Positions 29,550 through 39,980 of a DNA stretch of 64,000 nucleotides are shown here, piece by piece (position 1 is the stretch's first letter; the number at the start of each line of letters is the position of its first letter). The stretch covers positions 800,001-864,000 of the forward strand of contig CAVRDX010000001.1 of assembly GCA_963719945.1 (NCBI GenBank). The letters run 5' to 3'. The notes beneath the pieces are model-generated. The model was not told the DNA's origin. It searched no databases and saw nothing but the letters and a program-made list of their open reading frames with translations. The position numbers and the translations under genes were made by a program. This DNA is from an uncultured Thermoplasmata archaeon (GTDB lineage Archaea; Thermoplasmatota; Thermoplasmata; UBA10834).

Positions 29550-29882
29550 ATGGAGATGACCGATTTGAAAGGCTCGAAGTGCAGATGCGGCTTCGCAATG
29601 AATGCCGCGAGCATCAAATGCCCCAAGTGCGGGAAGAACATGAAGCCCGCAGAATGGGCTGATCAGGGCATTGTCCTATCTTGTGTGAAGGTCGGTTTCC
29701 CTCCTGAAGGAGAGAATGGACCCACGAACATCGCATTGGTCCAGATGGTTGACCGAGGACCAAAGGTCATCTGTTGGACTGATATCTGCCTCTCCACGGG
29801 TGATGCGGTCGCGATAAGCGAGTCTGCCAAGCAGCGGTATCTATGCCAAAAGGTCTCTGACCAGCCCGCAATCAAATCTTGA
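29550..29882 (+). CDS. DUF35-like Zn-ribbon/OB-fold protein
   Basis: GSKCRCG...CPKCG followed by G.VLS...PPEG..IALV OB-fold pattern. Confidence 0.7.
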   Translation: MEMTDLKGSKCRCGFAMNAASIKCPKCGKNMKPAEWADQGIVLSCVKVGFPPEGENGPTNIALVQMVDRGPKVICWTDICLSTGDAVAISESAKQRYLCQKVSDQPAIKS

Positions 29883-30798
29883 TCGGGGCGATCCCTTCCA
29901 ACGAGAAGGCAGGACCCAGAGACTCTATCGATTTCTTCAGTGCCGCTTCGATCGCATTCAAGTCCTTTCCTGATGCGCGTATGTCCGCGACCACTTCGCA
30001 TTTCATCTTCTCGTAGTATACCAGCACATTGGTATAGCCAGTGATCACGTTTATCGAGAGACCGCCCAAAGTCTTCATAATCTCGAACACTGCGCCAGGT
30101 CTGTCAGGGATATCGAACTTCATCCGCACAAGGGATACATCATCGTTCAGGAACACGACTGACAGGATCCATGAATCAGGTTCAGCAATGAACATCACCG
30201 GACCGGAGTCCTTTCCGAGGAAGTTGATGTATGCCTGAGGCATCTCGAATGTCCCATCATTGATTGTGCTCGCCTTCTTCTCAGTCTTTCTGAGAGCTTT
30301 GGTCTTCACCTTCTCGTTGTCCGTTGCCGCGCCCCTGGTATACCGCGTGGCAAGGTCCGAACTCTCGACGATCATGCAGTCCACCATGCTCATGGTCTGG
30401 TCCCTGGACTGCTTGGCATCGTCAAACTCGGATTTCAGCGACAGCGAGTCGCCGAAGAACGATAGATCGACCAGCATCTCCCACACCATGACGACGTTCG
30501 GTATGGAGCTGACCGTCTCTGAATTCAGTATATCGATGTTCCGTACCTTCAGGAACTGGGCGGCCTGAGCCAGTGCACCCGGCTCATCCCGGACATGGAA
30601 TGTGACATATGCGATTTCGCGGTAGTTCTCCGGTCCGAACGGTGAGAGCACTATCTCGAAGGTCCCCTTTCCGTTCGCCTCATAATTGAACATGGAGCTG
30701 AACACCTCACTCCCGTCCACAAGACCCAATGGGGCACCGATCTTCTGACCAATCCTGATCTTCCCGGACTCCATCCGTCCGAAGTCTACCAAAGTCAT
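29872..30798 (-). CDS. Tandem ACT-domain protein
   Basis: VRDEPGALAQ...NIDIL and IPDRPGAVFE...SINVI ACT motifs. Confidence 0.75.
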   Translation of the reverse strand: MTLVDFGRMESGKIRIGQKIGAPLGLVDGSEVFSSMFNYEANGKGTFEIVLSPFGPENYREIAYVTFHVRDEPGALAQAAQFLKVRNIDILNSETVSSIPNVVMVWEMLVDLSFFGDSLSLKSEFDDAKQSRDQTMSMVDCMIVESSDLATRYTRGAATDNEKVKTKALRKTEKKASTINDGTFEMPQAYINFLGKDSGPVMFIAEPDSWILSVVFLNDDVSLVRMKFDIPDRPGAVFEIMKTLGGLSINVITGYTNVLVYYEKMKCEVVADIRASGKDLNAIEAALKKSIESLGPAFSLEGIAPIKI

Positions 30799-30856
30799 CG
30801 TTCTCGCCTCACGTGGGCGGTAAGCAAAGCACGGAAATAAAGCTGTTGAGCAAATC

Positions 30857-31249
30857 TCAACCTTTAGGAGAGAAAATGTACAGCGTAGGTATCCTGCGCT
30901 TCAACCCCGTCCAATACCCACATGCCTTACACTTGTATCCTCGAGTGACCGTCCCGCCGTATACCGTCAAGTTCTTTATGCGCTCCGTGCGGCCCCCGCA
31001 TACAGGACAGGCGCCCGCTGAGGTCTTCTCGTCCGATTCCCGAGCCCGAATATCGATAGAGACTACATCGTTAGCCAGGGCGAGCCTGCGTATCCTGGCC
31101 TCGCTCACAGAATAATCGGAATCGTGCCTGCGCAACTCTGCCAGGACCAGCTCTCCGAACTTCTTCTGAGAATGAATTATCCCATGCCTACGCAGAGCGT
31201 CCCTGATCGCTTCGACAATCTCCGTATCGGAAGGTTTCCTGTAGGCCAT
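30857..31249 (-). CDS. Conserved hypothetical protein, N-terminal helical domain plus C-terminal Zn ribbon
   Basis: CPVCGG...YKCKACGYW. Confidence 0.7.
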   Translation of the reverse strand: MAYRKPSDTEIVEAIRDALRRHGIIHSQKKFGELVLAELRRHDSDYSVSEARIRRLALANDVVSIDIRARESDEKTSAGACPVCGGRTERIKNLTVYGGTVTRGYKCKACGYWTGLKRRIPTLYIFSPKG

Positions 31250-31361
31250 CGAGAGTGCATGGATATCCGTTTACGAAAAGCTTTCCATCCCATACTGACA
31301 CTTCTCGTCGATTAGCAAATAATATATCGTCGCACCGTTTAACCGGGAAACCAGTGAGAGC

Positions 31362-32669
31362 ATGCGAGCGAAAGTAATAATTATGGGGGCAGCAGGAAGG
31401 GACTTCCACAACTTCAATGTCTACTTCCGCGACAATGCGAACTATGAGGTAGTGGCGTTCACCGCCACACAGATACCGAACATAGATGGACGCAAGTACC
31501 CGGCCAGTCTTGCTGGCAAATTGTACCCGAACGGGATCGATATCCATCCCGAGAAGGACCTGCCAGGACTGGTCAAGAAATTCGGTGTAGAACAGGTCGT
31601 GTTTGCGTACTCGGATATCGCACACGTAGACGTCATGCACAAGGCATCGATCACGAATGCCGCTGGAGCCGACTTCAGGCTCATGGGCGCCAACCAGACA
31701 GAACTCAAGGCCAAGGTGCCGGTCATAGCGATATGTGCCGTCAGGACAGGGTCTGGCAAGAGCCAGACTACAAGGGCTGTTGCGTCGTACCTCATCTCAA
31801 AGGGGAAAAAGGTCGTCGCGATCAGACATCCGATGCCATATGGCGACCTCGAGAAGCAGGCGGTCCAGAGATTCGCGACATACGATGACCTCGACAAGCA
31901 CGACTGCACGATCGAGGAGCGAGAGGAATACGAACCTCACATCGATAAGGGCATCATAGTCTACGCGGGCGTCGACTATGAGAGAATCCTTAGGCAGGCA
32001 GAGCAGGAAGCCGATGTAATACTCTGGGATGGCGGCAACAACGACACTCCATTCTACTCAGCGGACCTTCACATCGTAGTGGCTGACCCGCACAGGGCAG
32101 GCCACGGCAAGCTATACCACCCCGGTGAGACTAACATGAGGATGGCAGATGTCATCATCGTGAACAAGGTCGACACAGCGGACCCGAAGAATGTCGAGCT
32201 CGTGAAAGAGGTTGCAAAGGAGCTCAACCCCAACGCGAAGGTCGTGTTGGCAGATTCACCTGTCACGGCAGAGAAGCCCGAGATGATCATGGGCAAGAGA
32301 GTGCTCGTAATAGAGGACGGCCCTACAGTCACCCATGGAGACATGGCCTTCGGCGCAGGCCTTATAGCCGCCCAGAAATCCGGTGCAAAGGAGATCATAG
32401 ACCCGAGGCCTTTCGCGGTCAACTCCATCAAGCAGACCTTCGAGAAGTACAAACATCTCGAGAAGGTACTTCCTGCGATGGGCTACGGAAACGAGCAGAT
32501 CAAGGATCTCCAGGAGACCATCAACAGGGCGGACTGCGACTTGGTTGTCTCTGGGACACCGATCGACCTGAACAGGGTCCTGAAGGCTAACAAGCCCATT
32601 GTCAGGGTCAGCTACGAACTCAAGATCAGGGAAGGAGCTTCTCTGGCAGACATACTGAAGCAATTCTGA
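31362..32669 (+). CDS. Cyclic 2,3-diphosphoglycerate synthase-family P-loop protein
   Basis: IMGAAGRDFHNFN, RTGSGKSQT, RHPMPYGDL, TIEEREEYE, WDGGNND, EDGPT.THG, LPAMGY. Confidence 0.8.
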   Translation: MRAKVIIMGAAGRDFHNFNVYFRDNANYEVVAFTATQIPNIDGRKYPASLAGKLYPNGIDIHPEKDLPGLVKKFGVEQVVFAYSDIAHVDVMHKASITNAAGADFRLMGANQTELKAKVPVIAICAVRTGSGKSQTTRAVASYLISKGKKVVAIRHPMPYGDLEKQAVQRFATYDDLDKHDCTIEEREEYEPHIDKGIIVYAGVDYERILRQAEQEADVILWDGGNNDTPFYSADLHIVVADPHRAGHGKLYHPGETNMRMADVIIVNKVDTADPKNVELVKEVAKELNPNAKVVLADSPVTAEKPEMIMGKRVLVIEDGPTVTHGDMAFGAGLIAAQKSGAKEIIDPRPFAVNSIKQTFEKYKHLEKVLPAMGYGNEQIKDLQETINRADCDLVVSGTPIDLNRVLKANKPIVRVSYELKIREGASLADILKQF

Positions 32670-32710
32670 CCTCGAAAAGGGTTAAGGAGCCCCTCGAAGA
32701 TAGGGGCGCT

Positions 32711-32817
32711 GCGGGAGTAGCTAAGCCTGGACAACAGCGCAGGACTTAAGACCCTCCAGATGAGGATAGGAAATCCTGTCTCGAAGGAGTCCGGGGGTTC
32801 GAATCCCCTCTCCCGCA
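32711..32817 (+). tRNA. tRNA-Leu(UAA) with 22-nt canonical 37/38 intron (32751-32772)
   Basis: Acceptor GCGGGAG/CTCCCGC-A, anticodon stem CAGGA/TCCTG, anticodon TAA 32747-32749, long variable arm, GTTCGAATC T-loop; BHB helix CTTA/TAGG. Confidence 0.93.
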
Positions 32818-32838
32818 CATTTTTCATTCATCCATCGG

Positions 32839-34068
32839 TCATGAGCGACTGATGAGCTCTCGGACCAGCTCGTAATAGGCATTGGCAGCCGGCCCCAACT
32901 GGGCCACGCTTATAGCTTCTTCCGGCTGATGATAGCGAGCAAGTTTCCCAGTCTCTCCCGGGCCCATGCATATTGTAGGTATCTTGAGAGCATGGGCAAT
33001 CAGATTATCGTCCGCTTCTGATACACCACAAACTAGCGTTGGTTCAGTGCCGACTATTCCTTTTAGCACTTTGGAGGCCGCCTGTACCAGGGGAGAATTC
33101 GCAGGGGTCATGTAGGGATGGTATAGCTCCTTGGGGTCTGTGTTCAACCGCAAGCTGACCTTGCTTTTCAAGCCGAGGCGGTCTATGACAGAAACGAACT
33201 CGTCGCTGATGTCTACCTTGCCCCCCGGTATGGTGCATCTGACAACCCGTATGGAACACTTCTCAGGAACGCTCAGGCTCCACGAACCACCGGATATTCT
33301 GAGCACAGTCTGAGACTCCGATAACGGTCGCAGCTCGTCTGAGAGGACACCGTCAGTCTTGCTCATCGGCATGTCAGAGATGGCGGTTACAACCTTCGAA
33401 GCGTCCTCGATGGCATTCACGCCCCTGTGCGGTATTGCTCCGTGCGAAGATATGCCTTGGACATCGATATCGTAATATGACCCGCCCCTTCTGCCGATCG
33501 TGGCCACCTTTAGCCCGCCGAAACCTTCGCCGACTATTACAGCGGAGGCACCGTCGAGCTCTCCAGATTCTATCAATTTCCTGGTCCCGTCTCCAAGCCG
33601 TTCCTCGCCGGACACCGCCTGGAAACACACATGTGCATGATCCGCCAAATCGGATTCCGCCAGATGTCGGAATGCAAGCATCATGGCGGCCAGACCACAT
33701 TTCATATCAAGAGAGCCGAGACCGTACAGAAACCCGTCTTCGACAACAGCTCCGAACGGGTCGTGCCGCCATCCATTCATGACCTCAACGGTATCCATAT
33801 GACCAGTGAGTACGATCTTTGGATTGGATCTTGAACCGAAAGATGCGATGACGTCAGGACCATGATCTGCAACATCTATCTTCTTGGTAGTGAAACCGTT
33901 CTCCTCCAACCATGAACCAATGAATCCTGCGATAGCCGCTTCCTTGCCATACATACTCGGTATCTGTATGAGCCTCTTGGAAAGGTCCAGCACGTCTCCG
34001 CCTTCGATAGTCTTCTGCGTGGCCACGAACAACAACTCCGATGAGATCGTCGAGACGACTGTCCTCAT
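32839..34068 (-). CDS. M20 family metallopeptidase (ArgE/DapE-like)
   Basis: LTGHMDTV, LYGLGSLDMKCG, SGEE, HGAIPHRGVNAI, HQPEE. Confidence 0.9.
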   Translation of the reverse strand: MRTVVSTISSELLFVATQKTIEGGDVLDLSKRLIQIPSMYGKEAAIAGFIGSWLEENGFTTKKIDVADHGPDVIASFGSRSNPKIVLTGHMDTVEVMNGWRHDPFGAVVEDGFLYGLGSLDMKCGLAAMMLAFRHLAESDLADHAHVCFQAVSGEERLGDGTRKLIESGELDGASAVIVGEGFGGLKVATIGRRGGSYYDIDVQGISSHGAIPHRGVNAIEDASKVVTAISDMPMSKTDGVLSDELRPLSESQTVLRISGGSWSLSVPEKCSIRVVRCTIPGGKVDISDEFVSVIDRLGLKSKVSLRLNTDPKELYHPYMTPANSPLVQAASKVLKGIVGTEPTLVCGVSEADDNLIAHALKIPTICMGPGETGKLARYHQPEEAISVAQLGPAANAYYELVRELISRS

Positions 34069-34181
34069 GCGACTTTAACCTTACTCAAAGAAAAGACATT
34101 CAGATTACATTCAGATAATTGGGTAATAACCAAGTATCATCAGCCCATTTACACGAGCGCATACCAGTTCGAGGGACCATC

Positions 34182-35795
34182 ATGACGGAGATATCTGAGG
34201 AGACGTCAACGAAGATCGAGGAATATCTGAGCAAGTGGATGGCATTCAACGGCACCCCTGGACTCTCGATGGCAATAACGGACAGAGACAAGACGATGGC
34301 TACATTCTGCACCGGAGAGGCAGATATTTCGAGCCATCAGCCAGTATCCCCCAAGACGCTTTTCCAGATAGGGTCGGTCAGCAAATCGTTCACGTGCATA
34401 GCCATACTTCAGCTCGTGGAGAAGGGCATCATCGACATCAACGAGAAGATCACCACATATCTTCCATGGTTCCGGACGAGGTCGGGATATGATGAAATAA
34501 CCCTCCATCATCTGATGACACATACCTCGGGCCTGATGATTGGATCGGACACCATTCCGACTGCAGAATCAGAGGTATGGTCACTCCGATTTTCAGATGC
34601 CACTTCTCCGAAGGGATCCTATTTTCACTACTCAAATTCCGCGTACAAGACACTGGGAGTGATGTTGGAGACCGTAACAGGCGGCAGCTACGATACGATT
34701 TTGAATGATCACATAATGCGCCCGCTGGCGATGGGATCGACCGAACCGGTCATCAATAACGGTTCGAGAGGACTTCTGGCAGTCGGATACACACCATTGC
34801 ATGATGATAGACCGTTCATCGCAGGCTCAGAGTTGGCGCCGGCCACTTGGTTCGAGAGCAACACAGCCGATGGATCAATATCATCCACAGGAACTGACAT
34901 GTGCATCTACATGCGCATGCTGCTCAACCAAGGCAGACATCCAGAGGGAAGAATCCTCTCAGACGAAAGCTTTCGGAAGATGACTTCGCCATTCGTGGAC
35001 ACCAACGATGGAGTCCATGGACGGAACTACGGATACGGACTCAATATAGAGGATATCGACGGCAACCTATGCCTAGGGCATCAGGGAGGGATGGTCGGTT
35101 ATTACACGTCGATGCTCATGGATACCGTGAACGGCGTCGGAGTGATCGTTATGATAAACGGTCCTGGTGAACCATATGAGGTGGCCAAGGCGGTGCTAGG
35201 GATCGTGGTGTCTGGTAGAGAGGGGGAATCCCCAGTACCAAAGGACCCGATCAAGATCAGAAACCCGATGGATTGGCCTGGCAGATTCACCTCAAAGGAC
35301 GGAGCGATTGAGTTCGTCACCAGGGACGGAGAGGTCTTCCTAAGAAGTGAGGGAGAGGAGCATCAGATGACCGAGATCGATGTAGACCTCATCTATGTAA
35401 ACACGATCAAGACAGAATTGTTCCCGTTCAGACTGGTGAGGAAAGAGAACAAGGTCGTTGGGGTGACTCACGGACCATCTGAATACTCCAAGCATGGAGA
35501 AGAGATTCCATCTGGCATCACACCACATGAGGAGTGGAAAGCATATTCGGGGCATTATAGATCGCACAATCCGTGGCTGAACAACTTCAGAATCGTGCTC
35601 AGGCATTCAGGATTGGTCATGATATCCCCAGGCGGACAAGAGGAACCGTTGATTCAACTGAATGACGGTGAGTTCCGGATAGGCGCAGACCCAAGGTCCC
35701 CTGAGAGGATATCTTTCGACGCTATCGTCGAAGGCAGAGCGCTCATTTCGAACATGTCGATCGGGGGTACATACGGCAGGGCTTTCACTTCCTAG
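34182..35795 (+). CDS. Serine hydrolase, beta-lactamase/class C-like family
   Basis: FQIGSVSKSF (SxxK), LMTHTSG, FHYSN, GHQGG; start at MTEISE. Confidence 0.9.
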   Translation: MTEISEETSTKIEEYLSKWMAFNGTPGLSMAITDRDKTMATFCTGEADISSHQPVSPKTLFQIGSVSKSFTCIAILQLVEKGIIDINEKITTYLPWFRTRSGYDEITLHHLMTHTSGLMIGSDTIPTAESEVWSLRFSDATSPKGSYFHYSNSAYKTLGVMLETVTGGSYDTILNDHIMRPLAMGSTEPVINNGSRGLLAVGYTPLHDDRPFIAGSELAPATWFESNTADGSISSTGTDMCIYMRMLLNQGRHPEGRILSDESFRKMTSPFVDTNDGVHGRNYGYGLNIEDIDGNLCLGHQGGMVGYYTSMLMDTVNGVGVIVMINGPGEPYEVAKAVLGIVVSGREGESPVPKDPIKIRNPMDWPGRFTSKDGAIEFVTRDGEVFLRSEGEEHQMTEIDVDLIYVNTIKTELFPFRLVRKENKVVGVTHGPSEYSKHGEEIPSGITPHEEWKAYSGHYRSHNPWLNNFRIVLRHSGLVMISPGGQEEPLIQLNDGEFRIGADPRSPERISFDAIVEGRALISNMSIGGTYGRAFTS

Positions 35796-38700
35796 CAGCA
35801 CCTAGGTCCCTGAACTTGCCAGGCGGAACAACGATTTCGAACCTCGCCCCTTTGCCGTATTCACCTACTTCTTGTATCGTGATATTGGTCATACTTAGGA
35901 TTTCACGGCACAGGAACAACCCAAGACCGGTATTGCGTCCATATCCCTTGTCGAATATGAGTTCTTTCGATTCCGGAAGAACTCCAGCTCCATCATCCTC
36001 ATACGTGATGAAAAGACGCTTCCCTCTGATGACGGCATGAACGCCAATTCTATTCACATTCTTCCCATGACGCAATGAATTGTCGATGAGATTGAACATC
36101 ACCTTCTCAAACATGGGATCCGCCCAGATCTCGATATTGCCTAAGTCTTGTTCGACTCTAACATCACCGATGTCGAGCGAGCTCAACGCGCCTGCGAGGT
36201 CGAGTCGCATATGAACCCATTCGGGAGCCTTCGTCCCGGCCTTCTGATATGAACCAGCGAACTCCAGCTGCATGATGACTGTTGAACAGGCATCCCTGGC
36301 CAAACGATGATGATTGATCCTATCTCTTTCGTTCTTATCGTCCTCCATGAGTGTGAGTGCACCCATGATTATGCCTATCTGATTCATCACATCGTGACGG
36401 GTGATACTGCCCATGAGATTCAGCTTCTCGTTAGCCAGTCTCAGCGCTTCCTCCGCCTGCTTCCTGGCAGTGATGTCCATCACGATGCCCTGGTGGTAAT
36501 CGATGCCGCCCTTGTCTCCAGGACGGACAGTCGTTCGATCATCAACCCAGCGAACGTTTCCATCCTTCGTGATGACCCTATATTCAAGAGTGAACTCGCG
36601 ATCCGAATTCTTATGATGATCCATCAGCTCCCCGAGGATTCGCCCACGGTCTTCTGGCAGGATAATCGATGAATAGGATGGATTACCAGCGAGCAGCTCA
36701 GAAGGCGGATAGCCGAACTGTCGAACGCTATTGGTCACGAACTGAACTTTCCTCTCGCCATCGAAGGTCCATCGGAATACCACTGCAGGGCTAGCGTTGA
36801 CAATCGTCTCCAACTCCTCGAGGCTCGCCATGACGGTCCGCAAGGCATCCTCAGCCATCTTCCGCTCGGTCGTATCACGGGCGATCGCCAGCAGTGCAGG
36901 TCTCCCAGAATAATCGATCAGTCTGACATTGATCTCAAGAGGCAGCTCAGATCCATCTTTGCGAATCAGGACGAACTCATATGAATCTTCACCGATTGAT
37001 TCAATCTTATCCCGACGCTCATTGAATGAAGATGCCAAATCTGGCCTTTCGAGATCGAAGATTGTCTTTGTCATCAGCTCATATCGCGAATAGCCTGTAG
37101 ATGTGACCGCTGTCATGTTCACATCGAGGAATCGTCCGTCCAAGTCGATTATGAATATACCATCGCTCGCATTGTCGAATAGCGTTCTGTATTTCCGTTC
37201 AGATTCGGAAACCTGTTCCTCGGCCTCTTTCCGACTAGTTATGTCAAAGATAACTCCATGGAGACGAACGACAGCACCCTCAATATCTCGCACAGCGGTT
37301 GTCCGCTCGTCCACCCAACGGATTTCGCCAGTCGTGGTCATTATCCTGTATTCGTGATGCCAATTGCGAATTCCCTTGCCCGTCTTGCTTCTTATCTCGG
37401 CCTCCAATCGAATGACGTCATCTGGATGGATCAGATCGGAGTATTTCAAGCGACCAGACAGCAAATCATCCTGGGAATAGCCAAATCGAGATATGTTCTT
37501 GGAAACGAATCGAACTGGCCAGCCAGGTTGATCTGACCAAATAAGGACCGTCACCGGGCTCGAATCTATTATTTCGTCAATCTCCTCTAGTCTAGCCATA
37601 GTATCGCGAAGCGCCTGCTCGGTCTTTCTCCGCTCAGTGATGTCGAAGCCAATGAACACGGCATCAGATTCCCCACCAAGAAGCATCCTGCTTATCTGCC
37701 ACGAAACAAACTTCTCCTCACCGGTCTTCGACCTCATCGAAGCCTCGAGATAAGGGACGGATGGTTCATTCCAGATTCGTTCATCACCAAGGATGCTGAA
37801 CATCGAAGTCTCAGATGATTCATCCGCGAAAACATCGCGCCAGTTTCGACCCTGGACATCATCACGCAGATATCCTGTGAGTTTCTCAGCTTCATCGTTG
37901 AAAAATCGAATTAGTCCATCGTTCTGAACTGCGACCACGATAGCGTTCGCATTCTGTATCAGATTCTCTGCGTGTTCCTTCGCCATCCGGAGCAGATTCT
38001 CTGCAGTTTTGCCCTCCGTGATGTCGAGGATCACACCCTGAACGAGATATGGTCGACCGCTCTCATCAACCACATTATTCGCGATTTCGTGCACCCATCT
38101 GATAGCACCATCCTTTCTCACTATTCGATAAAGCCGACTCTCAGAGTGGCCGGGAGTCGCCTTGAACTTATCAGCGAGTTCATGGAGAGACCGCACATCA
38201 TCTGGATGGACCAACTGATCCCATCGCAATCGAGACGCGGTGAAATCTTCCAGAGGGTAGCCAGTGATCTCCTCTACAGGACCATGCATGAATCTAGTTT
38301 CGAAATCCAGATTACCCTGGTAAGAAATCCCTGGAAACTGTTGGACAAAAGTCCGATACATGTCCTCGTTCGTCCTCAGAGACTCCTCCGCCCTCCACCT
38401 ACGCACAGACTCACGTAAGATTGTCGGGAGAATTGAACGAACCATTGCATCAGTGGTGTCTGATCTGATGTATGCATCAGGTCCGTCCTCAGATAGACCC
38501 GTGTCAGAGCCCACCGGTACCTCGGATGCTAATGCGATGAATGGAATGTGCCCATACTGGCCTCTGACGGACCTTAACAGGCGATGGCCATCGATTTCTG
38601 ATACGGAATAATCACATAGGACTGCGTCAAAACCTGATGTGGCCAACTCTCTGAGTGCCTCGTCCTCGGAAGATGCACGCACAAGCTCAAGCCCAGGAAT

Positions 38701-38823
38701 CATCTCGATAAGTCGCATGCGCATCTCGTTGAAGCATCTGTCATCACATACGCATAGAACTCGAACGGTGCCAAGATTGGCAACACCCGATTCGATGATC
38801 TCTGCATCGTTTTCACGGACCAT
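35785..38823 (-). CDS. Hybrid sensor kinase: receiver + about 5 PAS/PAC + HisKA/HATPase
   Basis: FDAVLCDY receiver; repeated HPDD..., RKDG..RWV, DITERK PAS/PAC units; ITRHDVMNQ, NLIDNSLRHG, EDDGAG, TGLGL. Confidence 0.92.
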   Translation of the reverse strand: MVRENDAEIIESGVANLGTVRVLCVCDDRCFNEMRMRLIEMIPGLELVRASSEDEALRELATSGFDAVLCDYSVSEIDGHRLLRSVRGQYGHIPFIALASEVPVGSDTGLSEDGPDAYIRSDTTDAMVRSILPTILRESVRRWRAEESLRTNEDMYRTFVQQFPGISYQGNLDFETRFMHGPVEEITGYPLEDFTASRLRWDQLVHPDDVRSLHELADKFKATPGHSESRLYRIVRKDGAIRWVHEIANNVVDESGRPYLVQGVILDITEGKTAENLLRMAKEHAENLIQNANAIVVAVQNDGLIRFFNDEAEKLTGYLRDDVQGRNWRDVFADESSETSMFSILGDERIWNEPSVPYLEASMRSKTGEEKFVSWQISRMLLGGESDAVFIGFDITERRKTEQALRDTMARLEEIDEIIDSSPVTVLIWSDQPGWPVRFVSKNISRFGYSQDDLLSGRLKYSDLIHPDDVIRLEAEIRSKTGKGIRNWHHEYRIMTTTGEIRWVDERTTAVRDIEGAVVRLHGVIFDITSRKEAEEQVSESERKYRTLFDNASDGIFIIDLDGRFLDVNMTAVTSTGYSRYELMTKTIFDLERPDLASSFNERRDKIESIGEDSYEFVLIRKDGSELPLEINVRLIDYSGRPALLAIARDTTERKMAEDALRTVMASLEELETIVNASPAVVFRWTFDGERKVQFVTNSVRQFGYPPSELLAGNPSYSSIILPEDRGRILGELMDHHKNSDREFTLEYRVITKDGNVRWVDDRTTVRPGDKGGIDYHQGIVMDITARKQAEEALRLANEKLNLMGSITRHDVMNQIGIIMGALTLMEDDKNERDRINHHRLARDACSTVIMQLEFAGSYQKAGTKAPEWVHMRLDLAGALSSLDIGDVRVEQDLGNIEIWADPMFEKVMFNLIDNSLRHGKNVNRIGVHAVIRGKRLFITYEDDGAGVLPESKELIFDKGYGRNTGLGLFLCREILSMTNITIQEVGEYGKGARFEIVVPPGKFRDLGAARK

Positions 38824-39025
38824 TGTCCTCCGAGTACAATCATGGAGTCATGGTATCAAACTTTCGCACCGAAACTCTGCTTTTGAAAATAGACCGTATC
38901 CTGCACGGTGATTGATCCAGCTGTAACCTAAGATATCTCCGGAGAGCTAACTCATCAATAGATGGAGACTCCGGATAGGTCTGACATTCCGCACTGGCAC
39001 CAATGCCCATCCATAGAGAATTGAT

Positions 39026-39175
39026 CTATCGGCGGATCATATGAGTGTAATGGCATTCGGGACACTCGAGTACCTTGCCATTTGCCTCCACCAGCTTCAC
39101 GTGCTTCTTATGCTTCTCACATTCAGGGCACATAGTGTCCTTCTCAGATTTCTTCATATAATCGAATATCCCCAT
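39026..39175 (-). CDS. 49-aa zinc-ribbon microprotein (CPEC...CPEC)
   Basis: MGIFDYMKKSEKDTMCPECEKHKKHVKLVEANGKVLECPECHYTHMIRR; GGGTGA SD and TTATATA upstream. Confidence 0.75.
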   Translation of the reverse strand: MGIFDYMKKSEKDTMCPECEKHKKHVKLVEANGKVLECPECHYTHMIRR

Positions 39176-39242
39176 GAAATCACCCGTTAAAGTATCCGTG
39201 ACTTCAGTATATAATCTTGTGACGTGCAGGTTTGGTTTTGCC

Positions 39243-39980
39243 TCATACGGAGTGCGCTGCTTCAATCACATGCTCGAGCCGAGACTCATAAGCGCCATTC
39301 TCAACGAGGGTCCCAGTCACGATGATATCTCCACCAGCCCTCAGAACGGATGCAGCATGTTCCGAAGAAGTTATTCCGCCACCTATTATGATCGGGATCC
39401 GGACACTCTCCCTCACGGCCCTGATCATTTCGCTCGGAACGGGTTCAGGCGCTCCTGATCCCGCCTCCAAGTAGAGAAGATCCATGCCCAACATCTCGGC
39501 GGTCAAGGCATATCCGATTGCCGTCTTGATATCGCCTCGGGAGACGAGGTCTGCTTCCCCGACCTCACCCACTTTCATGCCAGGGTCCACGATGATATAA
39601 CCCATGGATATCGTCTCGAGTCCGAGTCTTCTGATCGCCGGTGCACCCTTTGACTGTTCCCCGGTGACATTCCGTACATTGCGCGAATTCAACATGCTCA
39701 TGAAGTATATCGCATCGCATTTCTGGGCGATGGCATTGGCTCCTGAAGGGAAGTAGATCACCGGAAGGCTCGTCACGCCCTTTATGCACTCAATCGTCTT
39801 ATCGAGTTTCTCCTGCGTGATCCCAGTCGATCCTCCGACCATTATCGCATCCGTCTTGAACGCCGCCGCTCGCTCTGCGATTTTGGCGGACGCCTCGGGC
39901 AGCTGTTTATCCGGGTCAATCAGCGTCATATGCATCTTGTGATCATTCAATGTCTCGAGGATGTATTGTTTGACGCTCAG
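39243..39980 (-). CDS. Geranylgeranylglyceryl phosphate synthase
   Basis: MTLIDPDKQ, DAIMVGGST, SMLNSRN, YLEAGSGA, IIGGGI, IIVTGT; probable CTG start at 39980. Confidence 0.93.
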   Translation of the reverse strand: MSVKQYILETLNDHKMHMTLIDPDKQLPEASAKIAERAAAFKTDAIMVGGSTGITQEKLDKTIECIKGVTSLPVIYFPSGANAIAQKCDAIYFMSMLNSRNVRNVTGEQSKGAPAIRRLGLETISMGYIIVDPGMKVGEVGEADLVSRGDIKTAIGYALTAEMLGMDLLYLEAGSGAPEPVPSEMIRAVRESVRIPIIIGGGITSSEHAASVLRAGGDIIVTGTLVENGAYESRLEHVIEAAHSV

